Positions 17,794 through 28,594 of a DNA stretch of 64,000 nt are shown here, in pieces (the first letter of the stretch is position 1; every line of letters begins with the position of its first letter). The notes under the pieces are model-generated. The model did not search any database. It was not told where the DNA came from and saw only the letters and a list, made by a program, of their open reading frames with translations. The stretch covers positions 2,402 through 66,401 of the forward strand of contig NZ_DATCWX010000255.1 in NCBI RefSeq assembly GCF_036566125.1, written 5' to 3'. The position numbers were made by a program, and so were the translations under genes. Source of the stretch: Intrasporangium sp. Its GTDB lineage: Bacteria; Actinomycetota; Actinomycetes; Actinomycetales; Dermatophilaceae.

Positions 17794-20745
17794 ATGGCGA
17801 CACGTGGGTCCGGCAGTGCGCGCTCGAGCTCATCGGCACCGAGCCGTGCCGCGACGGGTTCTCGGGGAACCGGGTCCGCTCGTGGGCAAGGGACATCGAC
17901 CCGGTCAACCTCTGGACGCGGCGGCGGACGCACGACGAAGCGGCCGGCCCCACGGGCCAACGCGAAGAGCGGCGGACTCCCGCTGCCGTTGCGGGCCGTG
18001 CGCAACACCTGGATGGGGGTCTCCCACGTGGCCGGTGGTGCAGTGCGCCGGGTGGGCACGAGCGCGCGCGACCTCGAGCCCGAGCACCGTCGGGACGGGC
18101 TCGGCTTCGCCCTCATCGCCCTGGCCATCGTCGTCGCCGCCCGCGAGTGGTGGGGTGTCCACGGCACCTTCGGTCAGGTCGTCCACGCGGTCTTCGCGGG
18201 CACGTTCGGCCGCATCGCCTACGCCGTCCCCCTCGTGCTGCTCGCGCTCGGCCTGCGCCTGCTGCGCGCCCCGGAGGACGAGGCCGCGACGAACCGCATC
18301 ATCGTCGGCACCATTGCGCTGACCTTCGCGTCATGCGGTCTCGCACACCTCAGCGACGGGATCCCCAACCCGCCGGACGGGGCCGAGGGCATGCGGGCCG
18401 CCGGAGGCATCATCGGTTTCCTCGCGTCGAGCCCGCTCGCGGCGGCGGTCTCGCCGTACGGAGCCCTGGCCATCCTCATCCTCCTCGGGATCTTCGGCCT
18501 GCTCGTCGTCACCGCGACCCCCGTCAACCTCATCCCGCACCGGCTCCGCCAGCTGCGCGACCTCGTGCTGCACCGTGAGCACGAGCAGGACCAGGCGCAG
18601 GATGAGACCGCCGAGGGAGGCGCCAAGCGGGGCCGGCGCAAGGCGGTGGACCTGTCCGAGCGCGAAGGCGACGAGGCCTTCCGCCAGGCCGCGATGCGGG
18701 AAGCCGAGGACGAGCCCACGCTGCGCCTGCGCCCTGGCGAGAAGCGCCCCACCGCTCCCGGCCTGCTCGCGCCGCGCCCGAGCGGCGCCTCTGGTTCGAC
18801 CCAGGCGATCGACGCCACCGACCCCCGGACCCACGGTGCTCCCGACACGCAGACCGGCGCCAAGCCGGAGCTGGCGCCGCCGCCGACGTCGACGATGCCC
18901 GCGCGGGTCGAGCAGCTCTCCCTCCAGGGCGATGTGACCTATCACCTTCCGGATCTCGCGATGCTGGCTCACGGCGCCCCTCACAAGACGCGCAGCCAGG
19001 CCAACGACAAGGTCGTCGAGTCGCTCACCCACGTCTTCGACCAGTTCGACATCGACGCCGCCGTCACGGGCTTCACGCGCGGTCCGACGGTGACCCGTTA
19101 CGAGGTCGAGCTTGGTTCCGGGACGAAGGTCGAACGCGTCACGGCCCTGTCCAAGAACATCGCCTACGCGGTCGCCTCGGCGGACGTGCGCATCCTCAGC
19201 CCGATCCCGGGCAAGAGCGCGATCGGCATCGAGATCCCCAACGCCGACCGTGAGAACGTCGCCCTCGGCGACGTCCTGCGCAGCCAGACCGCCCGGTCCA
19301 ACGAGCACCCGATGGTGATGGGGGTCGGCAAGGACGTCGAGGGCGCCTACGTCATCGCGAACCTCGCCAAGATGCCCCACCTGCTCGTCGCGGGGGCCAC
19401 CGGCTCCGGCAAGTCGAGCTTCGTCAACTCGATGATCACCTCGATCCTCATGCGCTCCACGCCCGAGGAGGTGCGCCTCGTCCTCGTCGACCCGAAGCGG
19501 GTGGAGCTGACCGCCTACGAGGGCATCCCGCACCTCATCACGCCGATCATCACCAGCCCGAAGAAGGCGGCCGAGGCGCTGCAGTGGGTCGTGCGCGAGA
19601 TGGACCAGCGCTACGACGACCTCGCGGCTTTCGGCTTCAAGCACGTCGACGACTTCAACAAGGGGGTCCGCGCAGGCAAGGTCAAGCCGTTGCCGGGTTC
19701 CGAGCGGCAGCTGACCACCTACCCCTACCTGCTCGTCGTCGTCGACGAGCTGGCTGACCTGATGATGGTCGCCCCACGCGACGTCGAGGAGTCCGTGGTC
19801 CGCATCACGCAGCTCGCCCGGGCAGCTGGCATCCACCTTGTGCTCGCCACGCAGCGGCCGTCCGTGGACGTCGTGACCGGCCTCATCAAGGCCAACGTCC
19901 CGTCGCGGATGGCCTTCGCAACGAGCTCTCTCGCCGACTCGCGTGTCGTCCTCGACCAGCCGGGAGCCGAGAAGCTCATCGGCCAGGGTGACGCCCTCTT
20001 CCTCCCGATGGGCGCGAGCAAGCCGATGCGCGTCCAGGGTGCGTGGGTCAACGAGTCGGAGATCCACGAGGTGGTCAAGCGCGTCACGACCCAGCTCAAA
20101 CCCAACTACGTCGAGAACGTCACGGTCGCCCAGCCGAAGAAGCAGATCGACGACGACATCGGTGATGACCTCGACGTGCTGCTGCAGGCGACCGAGCTCG
20201 TCGTGACGACGCAGTTCGGGTCGACGTCGATGCTGCAGCGCAAGCTGCGCGTCGGCTTCGCCAAGGCGGGACGCCTCATGGACCTGCTCGAGTCACGGGG
20301 GGTCGTCGGCCCGAGCGAGGGGTCGAAGGCGCGTGACGTCCTCGTCCGGCCGGACGACCTCGAGCAGACCCTGGCGCTCCTGCGGGGAGAGGATGTCCCG
20401 CACCCCAACGAGCCGGCCGAGCCAGCCGAGGAGCCGGTGCCCTTCGCCGGTGACCCGAGCATCGTCGAGAGACAGCTGGCAGAGGACGCGGCCGCTGAGG
20501 AGAGCGCCCCAAGCACGGCCAGCCCAGCGGCATACGACCCGATGGCCGTCGGAGACGGACAGGTGCGGACGGCGGCTATGGTCGTCCAGCGCGGCGAGCG
20601 CCGTGCGCACGGAGAGGACCTCGACGACCTGCCCAGCGGGCCGGTCGCAGCCTGGCAGCCTGGTGACCTGACCCCGGTCGCCACCGAGGACGACGATGAG
20701 TCGGAGGATGCGTGGCAGCTGACCGATCGGCGCGACGAGCGCTGA
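17794..20745 (+). CDS. ftsK: DNA translocase FtsK
   Basis: N-terminal TM segments and a Pro/Ala-rich linker. Walker A LVAGATGSGKS, LVVVDELADLMM and the gamma domain LQRKLRVGFAKAGRLMDLLESRGVVGP. A ~130-aa acidic tail follows. Confidence 0.95.
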   Translation: MATRGSGSARSSSSAPSRAATGSRGTGSARGQGTSTRSTSGRGGGRTTKRPAPRANAKSGGLPLPLRAVRNTWMGVSHVAGGAVRRVGTSARDLEPEHRRDGLGFALIALAIVVAAREWWGVHGTFGQVVHAVFAGTFGRIAYAVPLVLLALGLRLLRAPEDEAATNRIIVGTIALTFASCGLAHLSDGIPNPPDGAEGMRAAGGIIGFLASSPLAAAVSPYGALAILILLGIFGLLVVTATPVNLIPHRLRQLRDLVLHREHEQDQAQDETAEGGAKRGRRKAVDLSEREGDEAFRQAAMREAEDEPTLRLRPGEKRPTAPGLLAPRPSGASGSTQAIDATDPRTHGAPDTQTGAKPELAPPPTSTMPARVEQLSLQGDVTYHLPDLAMLAHGAPHKTRSQANDKVVESLTHVFDQFDIDAAVTGFTRGPTVTRYEVELGSGTKVERVTALSKNIAYAVASADVRILSPIPGKSAIGIEIPNADRENVALGDVLRSQTARSNEHPMVMGVGKDVEGAYVIANLAKMPHLLVAGATGSGKSSFVNSMITSILMRSTPEEVRLVLVDPKRVELTAYEGIPHLITPIITSPKKAAEALQWVVREMDQRYDDLAAFGFKHVDDFNKGVRAGKVKPLPGSERQLTTYPYLLVVVDELADLMMVAPRDVEESVVRITQLARAAGIHLVLATQRPSVDVVTGLIKANVPSRMAFATSSLADSRVVLDQPGAEKLIGQGDALFLPMGASKPMRVQGAWVNESEIHEVVKRVTTQLKPNYVENVTVAQPKKQIDDDIGDDLDVLLQATELVVTTQFGSTSMLQRKLRVGFAKAGRLMDLLESRGVVGPSEGSKARDVLVRPDDLEQTLALLRGEDVPHPNEPAEPAEEPVPFAGDPSIVERQLAEDAAAEESAPSTASPAAYDPMAVGDGQVRTAAMVVQRGERRAHGEDLDDLPSGPVAAWQPGDLTPVATEDDDESEDAWQLTDRRDER
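20526..20535 (+). repeat. CAGCGGCATAC dispersed repeat copy
   Basis: ggccagcccAGCGGCATACgac. Inside the FtsK C-terminal tail, read as S-P-A-A-Y-D. Confidence 0.85.
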
Positions 20746-20755
20746 GCACTGTGGC

Positions 20756-20791
20756 GGCGGCTCTCTCCGGTCTGGCGGCTCTCTCCGGTCT
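20756..20791. repeat. perfect 18-nt tandem duplication
   Basis: GGCGGCTCTCTCCGGTCT x2, immediately 3' of the ftsK stop. Confidence 0.9.
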
Positions 20792-20803
20792 AGAGTCGGC
20801 GTC

Positions 20804-21550
20804 GTGAGCGCATCACTGGAGCTGTGGCCGTCGACCTCGCGTCGGCCAGGGCCACCGACCCGCTGGGACCGGCTCCGCCGAGGCTTCGTCGAGACCCCGT
20901 GCGCCGTGCTGCTGGCAGTCCAGCTCGCGGCCCTGCTCGCGTACCCCTTCATGGAGACCGCGACGCTCGGCGACTTCCGCGAGTTCGGTCGGATGCTCTT
21001 CGGCCTCGTCGGCCTCGTCGTGCTGTTCCTCGCCATCCGCGCCGTCCAGGCGACCCCGGCGCACACGTGGGTGGCGGCGGTCATCGGCGTGCCTGTGGTC
21101 GCCCTGACCGTTGCCGAGGCGGTCTGGCCCGACAGCGATCCGGTCCTCTTCTGGAGCTCGCTGCTGCACGCGCTCTTCTACTTCTACACGGGCTACGGGC
21201 TGCTCCGGTACATGTTCGCCGACAACTGGGTGACTCGCGACGAGCTCTTCGCCACCGGCGCGACGTTCACGGTGGTGGCCTGGGGTTTCGCCTATCTCTA
21301 TGTCGCGGTCCAGATGATCTGGCCGAACTCCTTCACGATCTACGGCGAGGCACTGCCTGGTGAGCGCTCGTGGTACGAGCTGCTCTACCTGTCCATCACG
21401 ACGATGACGTCCACCGGCCTGTCCGACATCTCCGCGGTGACGCCGCACGCGCGGTCGTTCATCATGCTCCAGATGGTCACGGGAATGCTCTACGTCGCGC
21501 TCGTCGTCGCCCGACTGGTCGGCCTCACCATTGCCCGCTTCCGCCAGTGA
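20804..21550 (+). CDS. two-TM pore-loop ion channel family membrane protein
   Basis: Several TM helices and a pore-helix-like segment YLSITTMTSTGLSDIS. This is not a canonical GYG potassium filter. Confidence 0.55.
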   Translation: MSASLELWPSTSRRPGPPTRWDRLRRGFVETPCAVLLAVQLAALLAYPFMETATLGDFREFGRMLFGLVGLVVLFLAIRAVQATPAHTWVAAVIGVPVVALTVAEAVWPDSDPVLFWSSLLHALFYFYTGYGLLRYMFADNWVTRDELFATGATFTVVAWGFAYLYVAVQMIWPNSFTIYGEALPGERSWYELLYLSITTMTSTGLSDISAVTPHARSFIMLQMVTGMLYVALVVARLVGLTIARFRQ

Positions 21551-21562
21551 CGTCTGAGTCAG

Positions 21563-22744
21563 TCAGCCGTCGAGCTCCTCGATCGTCCTGAGGCTCGGTC
21601 GCCGGGTTTCCTGCAGGTCCCGGGCGACGGCCTCGACGTCGCGCATGACCCGCAGGGTGTTGCCGCGGACGAGCTGTGCAAGGTCCACGTCGGACCACTT
21701 GCGGTCCACGAGCGCAGCGACGAGCCGGGGGTACCCGCTCACGTCCTCGAGCCCCACCGGATAGGTGTCGGTGCCGTCATAGTCGCCGCCGATACCCACG
21801 TGGTCGATCCCCGCGACGTCACGCACGTGCTCGAGATGGGCGACGACGTCCTCGATCGTCGCGTCCGGCTTCGGGTGCTCGCGCCGGTACTGGGTGGCGA
21901 AGCGGTGGAAGGCGACCCAGTCCTTGGCATCGACGCCCCGCTCTGCAGCTGCAGCTGCAGCCTCGACGCGCCACTGCGCAGTGGCGGGGGAGAGGAACTC
22001 CGGGACGAAGGTCACCATGCACACGCCACCGTTGTCCCGGAGGCTCTCGAGCACGTCGTCCGGGACGTTGCGCGGTGAGTCGCACACGGCCCGGGCGGAG
22101 GAATGGCTGAAGATCACCGGTGCGACGCTCACCTCGATGGCCTGTCGCATCGTCGATGCCGCGACGTGGCTGAGGTCGACCATCATCCCGATCCGGTTCA
22201 GCTCCCGCACCACCTCACGACCGAACGCCGTGAGCCCGCCCACGGCTGGGACATCCGTGGCGGAGTCTGCCCAGGGCACGTTGTCGTTGTGCGTCAGCGT
22301 GAGATACCGCACCCCAAGGACGTGGAGGGCCCGCAGCGTGGCGAGTGAGCACCCGATCGAGTGGCCACCCTCCGCGCCGAGGAGGGACGCGATGCGGCCC
22401 TGGGACCTGGCCACGTCGACGTCCTCAGCGGTCCGTGCGAGAGCGAGCTCAGCGGCATACGACCTGATCATGTGGTGGACGCCGTCAATCTGTTCGAGGG
22501 TGGCGGTCACGGCGGCGTCGCCCTGCAGGCTGCTCGGCACGAACACGGACCAGAACTGCCCCCCGACACCGCCGGCCCGGAGGCGGGGCAGATCCGTGAC
22601 CGTCGAGGCCACGGGAGTCGAGATGTCGAGGCGCTCGAAGTCGTAGCCGGCCTGCACCCTGGCCTCCCAGGGGAGGTCGTTGTGGCCGTCCATGAGCGGG
22701 TGCTCGGCGAGGAGTGCGTGTGCACGGGCGAGCGCGTCGGGCAT
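21563..22744 (-). CDS. membrane dipeptidase (peptidase M19 family)
   Basis: [26 protein letters not shown] and GIGGDYDG motifs. Confidence 0.85.
   Translation of the reverse strand: MPDALARAHALLAEHPLMDGHNDLPWEARVQAGYDFERLDISTPVASTVTDLPRLRAGGVGGQFWSVFVPSSLQGDAAVTATLEQIDGVHHMIRSYAAELALARTAEDVDVARSQGRIASLLGAEGGHSIGCSLATLRALHVLGVRYLTLTHNDNVPWADSATDVPAVGGLTAFGREVVRELNRIGMMVDLSHVAASTMRQAIEVSVAPVIFSHSSARAVCDSPRNVPDDVLESLRDNGGVCMVTFVPEFLSPATAQWRVEAAAAAAERGVDAKDWVAFHRFATQYRREHPKPDATIEDVVAHLEHVRDVAGIDHVGIGGDYDGTDTYPVGLEDVSGYPRLVAALVDRKWSDVDLAQLVRGNTLRVMRDVEAVARDLQETRRPSLRTIEELDG
22451..22460 (+). repeat. CAGCGGCATAC dispersed repeat copy
   Basis: gagcgagctcAGCGGCATACgac. Inside the minus-strand dipeptidase gene, read as S-Y-A-A-E-L. 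Confidence 0.85.
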
Positions 22745-22781
22745 TCAGCCATTGAACACCGGTCCATCTACAGTGGGTCGC

Positions 22782-24245
22782 ATGACCCCTCCCGCCGCGG
22801 CCCCCACCCGGAGTGTCGCCCTCGTCACCCTGGGGTGCACTCGCAACGAGGTCGACTCGGAGGAGCTGGCCGGCCGGCTGCAGTCGGAGGGGTGGACCCT
22901 GGTCGACGACGCCGCGGAGGCGGACGTGGCGGTCGTCAACACGTGCGGCTTCGTCGAGCAGGCCAAGAAGGACTCCATCGATGCCCTGCTCGAGGCCTCT
23001 GACCTGAAGGAGGACGGCCGCACCCGGGCCGTCGTCGCGGTGGGCTGTCTGGCCGAGCGGTACGGCAAGGACCTCGCGGACCAACTGCCGGAGGCGGATG
23101 CGGTCCTCGGTTTCGACTCGTACCGGGACCTCTCGACGCATCTGCGCACGATCCTTGGCGGCGGCCACGTGCCGAGCCATGCGCCCGGCGACCGGCGACG
23201 CCTCCTTCCGCTCTCGCCGGTGGCGCGGCAGGACGTGGCCGTGCAGGTCGCGCTCCCCGGCCACAACACCATGCCGTATGCCGCTGAGCCGGGTCCCGCA
23301 CCCGCCAGCGGGCCGCGCGTGGTCCGCGCCCGCCTCGACGGACGGCCGTGGGCGCCGCTCAAGATCGCATCGGGTTGCGACCGTCGATGCTCGTTCTGCG
23401 CGATCCCGATGTTCCGGGGGGCCTTCGTGTCCCGGCCGCCCGCCGACGTCGTCGCGGAGGCACGCTGGCTGGCTGCCCGGGGTGTCAAGGAGCTGTTCCT
23501 CGTCTCCGAGAACTCGACGTCCTACGGCAAGGACCTCGGGGACCTGGGGCTGCTCGAGAAGCTGCTGCCGGAGCTGACCGCGGTGGACGGGATCGAGAGG
23601 GTGCGGGTCAGCTATCTCCAGCCTGCCGAGATCCGGCCGGGGTTGCTCGAGGCGATGGCGCGGACTCCGGGCGTCGTGCCGTACTACGACATCTCCTTCC
23701 AGCACGCGTCGGAGCCGGTGCTGCGGCGGATGCGACGCTTCGGCTCGCGCGAGGCCTTCCTCGACCTGCTGGCGCGGGTGCGGGCGTCCGCTCCCGAGGC
23801 CGGGATCCGGTGCAACGTCATCGTCGGCTTCCCCGGCGAGACAGACCAGGACGTCGAGGAGCTCGAGGCCTTCCTCACCGAGGGCAGGCTCGATGTGGTC
23901 GGCGTCTTCGGTTACTCCGACGAGGACGGGACCGAGGCGGAGACCTTCGCGCAGAAGCTGCCGTCCGGGGTCATCGCTGAGCGCGTCGACCGCCTCACTC
24001 GTCTCGTCGAGGAGCTCAACGCGCAGCGCGCCGAGGAGCGGATCGGCGAGGCCGTCGAGGTCCTCGTCGAGGAGGTCGACGCAGAGGACGGGCGGGTCGT
24101 CGGACGCGCGGCGTTCCAGGGGCCCGACGTCGATGGCGTCACCTATGTGGAGGCTGGCGATGGACGACAGCCAGCTGTGGGCGACCTCGTGCCTGCGGTC
24201 GTCGTGGCGACCGAGGGCATCGACCTCGTCGCGGAGTTGCGATGA
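22782..24245 (+). CDS. rimO: ribosomal protein S12 methylthiotransferase RimO
   Basis: [17 protein letters not shown]-terminal domain, radical-SAM [11 protein letters not shown] and a C-terminal TRAM domain. Confidence 0.9.
   Translation: MTPPAAAPTRSVALVTLGCTRNEVDSEELAGRLQSEGWTLVDDAAEADVAVVNTCGFVEQAKKDSIDALLEASDLKEDGRTRAVVAVGCLAERYGKDLADQLPEADAVLGFDSYRDLSTHLRTILGGGHVPSHAPGDRRRLLPLSPVARQDVAVQVALPGHNTMPYAAEPGPAPASGPRVVRARLDGRPWAPLKIASGCDRRCSFCAIPMFRGAFVSRPPADVVAEARWLAARGVKELFLVSENSTSYGKDLGDLGLLEKLLPELTAVDGIERVRVSYLQPAEIRPGLLEAMARTPGVVPYYDISFQHASEPVLRRMRRFGSREAFLDLLARVRASAPEAGIRCNVIVGFPGETDQDVEELEAFLTEGRLDVVGVFGYSDEDGTEAETFAQKLPSGVIAERVDRLTRLVEELNAQRAEERIGEAVEVLVEEVDAEDGRVVGRAAFQGPDVDGVTYVEAGDGRQPAVGDLVPAVVVATEGIDLVAELR
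23276..23285 (-). repeat. CAGCGGCATAC dispersed repeat copy
   Basis: catgccGTATGCCGCTgagccggg. Inside the RimO inter-domain linker, read as M-P-Y-A-A-E-P. Confidence 0.85.
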
Positions 24246-24907
24246 CGGAGCCGCCCTTCTTGCCGCATGGTGAGGGTCCCTCGCCCCGCCCCACGGACTG
24301 GAACATCCCGAACGCGCTCACCGTGCTCCGCTTCCTGCTCGTGCCGGTCTACGCGGTGCTCCTGCTCCATGACGGCGGTGCCGATCCGTGGTGGCGCTTC
24401 TGGGCCTGGGTCGTCTTCGCGATCGCCGCGGTGACGGACGGCATTGACGGGCGGCTCGCGCGCCGCAACGGCCAGATCACCACCTTCGGCAAGGTCGCGG
24501 ACCCGATCGCCGACAAGGCGCTCACCGGGACCGCGTTCATCGGTCTGTCGGTGCTGGGGCAGATCTGGTGGTGGGTGACGATCGTCATCCTCGTGCGCGA
24601 GATCGGGATCACGCTGCTCCGCTTCCTCGTCATCCGCCATGGGGTCCTTCCCGCTGGACGCGGCGGCAAGCTGAAGACGATGCTCCAGACCTTCGCGCTC
24701 GGTGGCCTCACGCTGCCCCTGTGGGTCTTCCCGCTCGCGGAGTTCTGGACCTGGGTGGCCCACGGGATCCTCGCGGCGGCCCTCGTCGCGACCGTTGTCT
24801 CGGGAGTCGACTACGTCTTCCAGGCGCTGAGCCTGCGGGAGAACAGTGAGCGGACTCGGGTGCGGCGTGCGGCCAGGGCGACCAGGCGCCCTGATGGTCT
24901 GGCCTGA
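24242..24907 (+). CDS. pgsA: CDP-diacylglycerol--glycerol-3-phosphate 3-phosphatidyltransferase
   Basis: ATGA overlap with rimO. CDP-alcohol phosphatidyltransferase motif [27 protein letters not shown]. Confidence 0.9.
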   Translation: MTEPPFLPHGEGPSPRPTDWNIPNALTVLRFLLVPVYAVLLLHDGGADPWWRFWAWVVFAIAAVTDGIDGRLARRNGQITTFGKVADPIADKALTGTAFIGLSVLGQIWWWVTIVILVREIGITLLRFLVIRHGVLPAGRGGKLKTMLQTFALGGLTLPLWVFPLAEFWTWVAHGILAAALVATVVSGVDYVFQALSLRENSERTRVRRAARATRRPDGLA

Positions 24908-24934
24908 TGGTCGGCCCTGATGGTCTGCCCTGAG
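24890..24934. repeat. 13-nt tandem repeat (3.4 units) spanning the pgsA stop and the cinA start
   Basis: CCTGATGGTCTGG CCTGATGGTCGGC CCTGATGGTCTGC CCTGAG. Each unit carries TGATG. Confidence 0.85.
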
Positions 24935-25495
24935 AGCGCCGGGTCCGATGATCGGAGCGTCTCCGAGCGCATCGTCACGCATCTCACGGAGGTGGGTGAG
25001 ACGGTCGCGTGCGCCGAGTCCCTGACGGCCGGACTCGTGTCCGCCGCCATCGCGGACACCCCGGGTGCCTCGGTCGTCCTCCGCGGCGCCATCGTGGCCT
25101 ATGCCGCCGACGTCAAGGTTGCGCTCCTCGGTGTCCCCGCGTCAGTCGTGGCCGAGGCGGGGACCGTGGACCCGCGCGTCGCGCGCGCCATGGCCGAGGG
25201 GGCGAGGCTGCGGCTCGGCGCGGCCTGGGGCATCTCGACGACGGGTGTGGCAGGGCCGGGACCTGCCGAGGGCAAGCCAGAGGGCACCGTCCACCTCGCC
25301 GTTGCGGGACCGAGGGGAACAGTCACGAGGGCGTTGCGGTTGAAGGGTACGCGCGACGACGTGCGGAGAGGGGCCGCGGCGGCCGCGCTTGAGCTCGCCC
25401 TGGATGTCATGACGGACCCCGCCGCGCGCGGCGAGAGCCCTGTGCCGCGCGACTCGGCTCGCGACGCGGACGGCCAAACCCCTGCGCCGTCCTGA
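24920..25495 (+). CDS. CinA-family nicotinamide-nucleotide amidohydrolase (PncC domain only)
   Basis: [21 protein letters not shown] and [21 protein letters not shown] motifs, in the position after pgsA typical of actinobacteria. Confidence 0.85.
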   Translation: MVCPESAGSDDRSVSERIVTHLTEVGETVACAESLTAGLVSAAIADTPGASVVLRGAIVAYAADVKVALLGVPASVVAEAGTVDPRVARAMAEGARLRLGAAWGISTTGVAGPGPAEGKPEGTVHLAVAGPRGTVTRALRLKGTRDDVRRGAAAAALELALDVMTDPAARGESPVPRDSARDADGQTPAPS

Positions 25496-25587
25496 CGGGC
25501 AGGCGGTACGGTAGGAGAAGCGGCACCTGCTTCCCCGCACTTGACCAACGGACACGACGACGGATACGACCATTGGAGGAGGACGGC

Positions 25588-25887
25588 ATGACCCTGTTGC
25601 GACGTGAGCTCGGAGACGTCCTCCGAGAGCGCCGGCGCGCACAGGGGCGCACGCTGCGTGAGGTCTCGGCCACCGCCTCCGTCTCGTTGGGCTACCTCAG
25701 TGAGGTGGAGCGGGGAGAGAAGGAAGCCTCCTCCGAGCTGCTCGCCTCGATCTGCGGCGCCCTTGACTTGCCTCTTTCCCAGGTCCTCATCGATGTCTCG
25801 AGCCGCATGGCCGAGTCCGAGGGCCTCGCCCCCACCGTGGCGCTGCCGGTCCCCTCGGACGACGTCGTCGCCGCGTCTGCTGCCTGA
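25588..25887 (+). CDS. clgR: XRE-family HTH regulator, ClgR-like
   Basis: GGAGGAGGA Shine-Dalgarno 5 nt upstream of ATG 25588. [33 protein letters not shown]. Conserved pgsA-cinA-clgR order. Confidence 0.7.
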   Translation: MTLLRRELGDVLRERRRAQGRTLREVSATASVSLGYLSEVERGEKEASSELLASICGALDLPLSQVLIDVSSRMAESEGLAPTVALPVPSDDVVAASAA

Positions 25888-25965
25888 GATCTTCCCGCCG
25901 CCGGTTGAGGTAAACGCGCCGGCGAACCTCCGGCGCGTCCACCTCAAACCGCAACGCGTGGACCG

Positions 25966-27585
25966 TCAGTTGGCGACGATGCGGAATGCGAACGCAGCCT
26001 CACCCTGACCGGTCACCGTGGATGAGATGCCGATGGCGCGCATCGCTTCGAGGGCCGCGCGGGCCTCGCCGTCGGCCTCCTCGAGGTAGAGCTTCTCGAG
26101 CCGGTCGAGGTTGACGTAGACCGCGTAGTCGGCGTCGGCCGCGTCGCCGAGGGCGGCCTTGAAGCCGTCCGTGTCACCGAGGTTCCCGCCCGACTTGAGC
26201 CGGTCGACGTAGTCCGGGGTGGTGGCGACGTAGAGCTGGTCTCCGTCGACGCTCTTCGTCAGAATGCCGGCCGCGCCGCTCGCGTCCTCGACCGTGGACA
26301 CGACCTCCTCCGCGCGCTGGGCGTCGCTCGTCACGACCTTGGCGCCGATGGCGGGGACGTCGCTGCCGAACTCCTGGTCGGGCAGAGCGAGCGTGAAGGA
26401 GCTGCCGAGGAGCACCTTGAGGTCGTCCGGCAGGGCGAGGCCGAGCTCGTCCTCGATCTCGCCGAGAGGGTCGTCCATGCCGCTCGACGAAGCCACGTCA
26501 TTGAGCTGCTTCTCCAGCTGGGGCCAAGCCTGGTCCAGCAGCTGCTCCCCGCCCGAGACGTGCACCGCAGCGAGCGTGTCGTCGGGTAGGGCGGCCAGCT
26601 CGGACAGGTCGCCGTCCACGGGCTGGATCGACTGGGCGGCACCGCTGAACCCGCGGGCGATCCCGGCGATCTCGGCGTAGCCGGGGTCGAAGCGCAACGC
26701 TGCGGCCACCCGCCCCTGGAGGTCCTGCGGGGCGTCCGGCGCCCGTACACCGAAGAGCAGAGCCGAGGAGAGCTCCTTGGCGATCGGCCCGACGTTCCAC
26801 CACGTCGTGGCGACACCCTGCTCGCCGAGAGCAGCCATGTCGCCGCTGAACGTCGCGTTCTGCGACAGCGTGCCCATGTCGATCGCCGCGAGCGTGGCGT
26901 CGCCCTGCCCGTGCCTGGTGAGAAGGACGTAGCCATCCTTGGCCAGGAGGTCGACCTGGTCTCCTCCCTCGCTGCAGTCTGCGAGGCGGCCCAGCGTCGA
27001 CATGGCCTGGTCCTGGTCCTTGACCTGCAGGGCGGCGACGACATTCGGGTCGTCAGCCGTGCCCCCGGGGCGCAACCCCAAGCCGACCCGGTCACCCAGC
27101 CATGGGTCGATGTCACGCGCGAAGTCGAAGTCTTTGACGCAGTCGTCGTCCGAGTTGGCGACGGCGAGGTCCCAGAGCTTCTTGCGGGTGTCGCCCGACT
27201 CGAGGTCCTTGATCTCGGGGATCTTGCCGAGGAAGCGCACAGCCGCGAGCTTCTGTCCGGCAGAGGGGTCGATGTCGACCTGGACGTAGCCGAAGGTGTC
27301 GCCCGGCAGGACGTCGGATGGACGCGGGCCGCTGCCGCTCAGCTGTTGGATGGCGACAGCACCTCCGACACCGAGCACGAGGACGGTGGCCACGCCGCCG
27401 ACGAGAAGCGCCCGGCTCGTCCTGCGGCGCGGTGGTGAAGCAGGGACGGCATCGCCTTCACTCGAGGACGGGTCCGTGAGCCCGACCGGTTCGGTCGCCC
27501 CGGGAAAGGTGTACGACGGCGGACCACCGTGGGCCGGCTGGGACGGGTTGTTCTCGGGCACGGGGCCGTCGGTCGGCTGGTTCAT
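25966..27585 (-). CDS. membrane-anchored extracytoplasmic protein of unknown function (possibly DUF3352-like)
   Basis: Pro-rich cytoplasmic N-terminus, a single TM ([21 protein letters not shown]) and a large acidic ectodomain. The family assignment is from memory only. Confidence 0.5.
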   Translation of the reverse strand: MNQPTDGPVPENNPSQPAHGGPPSYTFPGATEPVGLTDPSSSEGDAVPASPPRRRTSRALLVGGVATVLVLGVGGAVAIQQLSGSGPRPSDVLPGDTFGYVQVDIDPSAGQKLAAVRFLGKIPEIKDLESGDTRKKLWDLAVANSDDDCVKDFDFARDIDPWLGDRVGLGLRPGGTADDPNVVAALQVKDQDQAMSTLGRLADCSEGGDQVDLLAKDGYVLLTRHGQGDATLAAIDMGTLSQNATFSGDMAALGEQGVATTWWNVGPIAKELSSALLFGVRAPDAPQDLQGRVAAALRFDPGYAEIAGIARGFSGAAQSIQPVDGDLSELAALPDDTLAAVHVSGGEQLLDQAWPQLEKQLNDVASSSGMDDPLGEIEDELGLALPDDLKVLLGSSFTLALPDQEFGSDVPAIGAKVVTSDAQRAEEVVSTVEDASGAAGILTKSVDGDQLYVATTPDYVDRLKSGGNLGDTDGFKAALGDAADADYAVYVNLDRLEKLYLEEADGEARAALEAMRAIGISSTVTGQGEAAFAFRIVAN

Positions 27586-27733
27586 GTGATTCCCCCTGGT
27601 TGGATCGAGCCCGCCGTCGGGCGGGACGAGGACGACCCTACCGGTCTCCTCGCCAGCTCCTCAGCGGGTTTGGCAACGGTCAGACGACGATTCGCGCCAT
27701 GGCGGTTCCCGGTTTCGGTGGCAGACTCGGCTC

Positions 27734-27988
27734 GTGCGGATGAGCCACTTCTGGACCTTGATGAACGACGAGTTCGGCGAGGCCTACGCCGGGTCGCTGG
27801 CCCGGGACCACGTGCTGGGTGCGCTCGGTGGTCGCACCGTCCTCGAGGCACTCGAGCAGGGCGAGCCGCCCCGAGCCGTCTGGGAGGCCCTCTGCGACGA
27901 CATGGACATCCCGGCCGAGCGTCGCCTGGGCCGGAGCGCCCGGGTGGCGCGAGGCGCCCAAGGAGGCCAGCCGGAAGGCCGGCCATGA
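27734..27988 (+). CDS. DUF3046 family protein
   Basis: [36 protein letters not shown] small protein usually found upstream of recA in actinobacteria. Confidence 0.75.
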   Translation: MRMSHFWTLMNDEFGEAYAGSLARDHVLGALGGRTVLEALEQGEPPRAVWEALCDDMDIPAERRLGRSARVARGAQGGQPEGRP

Positions 27989-28530
27989 CGGGAACGAGCC
28001 CAGCGGCATCCGGCATCGAGCTGCTTCGCGGCGACATCACGACCGACGCGGAGGCGGATGCGATCGTCAACGCGGCCAACACGTCTCTCCTCGGCGGCGG
28101 TGGGGTGGACGGGGCGATCCACCGGGCGGCTGGTCCGGAGCTGCTGGCCGAGTGCCGCACGCTCGGCGGCTGCGAGACCGGCGACGCGAAGATCACCGGG
28201 GCGGGGCGGCTGCCGGTGCGCCACGTCATCCATGCCGTGGGACCGGTCTGGCGCGGCGGCAGTGCCGGAGAAGCTGCGTTGCTGGCGTCGTGCTATCGAC
28301 GGAGCATCGAGCTCGCTGCGGATGCGGGCTGCGCCGTTGTGGCCTTCCCGGCGATCTCGTGCGGCATCTACGGCTACCCGGTGGAGCGGGCCGCAGGGGT
28401 CGCCATCACCGCGGTGGTCGAGGCGATGGCGGAGTTCGGCGTGGTCGAGCGGTCGCGCTTCTGGCTCTTCGGCGAGGAGACGTATGCCGCTTTCGACCGA
28501 GCGCTCGAGGGTGTCGTCCGTGGGGAGTGA
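27985..28530 (+). CDS. macro domain protein (MacroD/YmdB-like O-acetyl-ADP-ribose deacetylase)
   Basis: ATGA overlap with the DUF3046 stop. [35 protein letters not shown] and HAVGPVW motifs. Confidence 0.85.
   Translation: MTGTSPAASGIELLRGDITTDAEADAIVNAANTSLLGGGGVDGAIHRAAGPELLAECRTLGGCETGDAKITGAGRLPVRHVIHAVGPVWRGGSAGEAALLASCYRRSIELAADAGCAVVAFPAISCGIYGYPVERAAGVAITAVVEAMAEFGVVERSRFWLFGEETYAAFDRALEGVVRGE
28002..28011 (+). repeat. dispersed repeat, 9/10 variant
   Basis: acgagcccAGCGGCATCCggcatc. Inside the macro-domain protein N-terminus. Confidence 0.5.
28482..28491 (-). repeat. dispersed repeat, degenerate copy (exact 10-mer, no flank match)
   Basis: gacGTATGCCGCTttcg. Inside the macro-domain gene, read as T-Y-A-A-F. 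Confidence 0.4.
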
Positions 28531-28578
28531 CCGGTTATTGACGCCGGTGTCGGCGTGTCGTCGTTGACCTCCACTGCG

Positions 28579-28594
28579 TCGAACACGTGTTCGG
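28579..28594. promoter_or_regulatory. LexA SOS box upstream of recA
   Basis: TCGAACACGTGTTCGG against the actinobacterial consensus TCGAAC-N4-GTTCGA (11/12). Located 165 nt upstream of the recA start. Confidence 0.75.

Noticed and set aside
20350-20745. FtsK C-terminal ~130-aa acidic extension as a possible separate gene or frameshift.
   Set aside because: The frame is continuous from the gamma domain with no internal start or SD signal. Acidic tails are common in actinobacterial FtsK. It is noted only because it carries a repeat copy.
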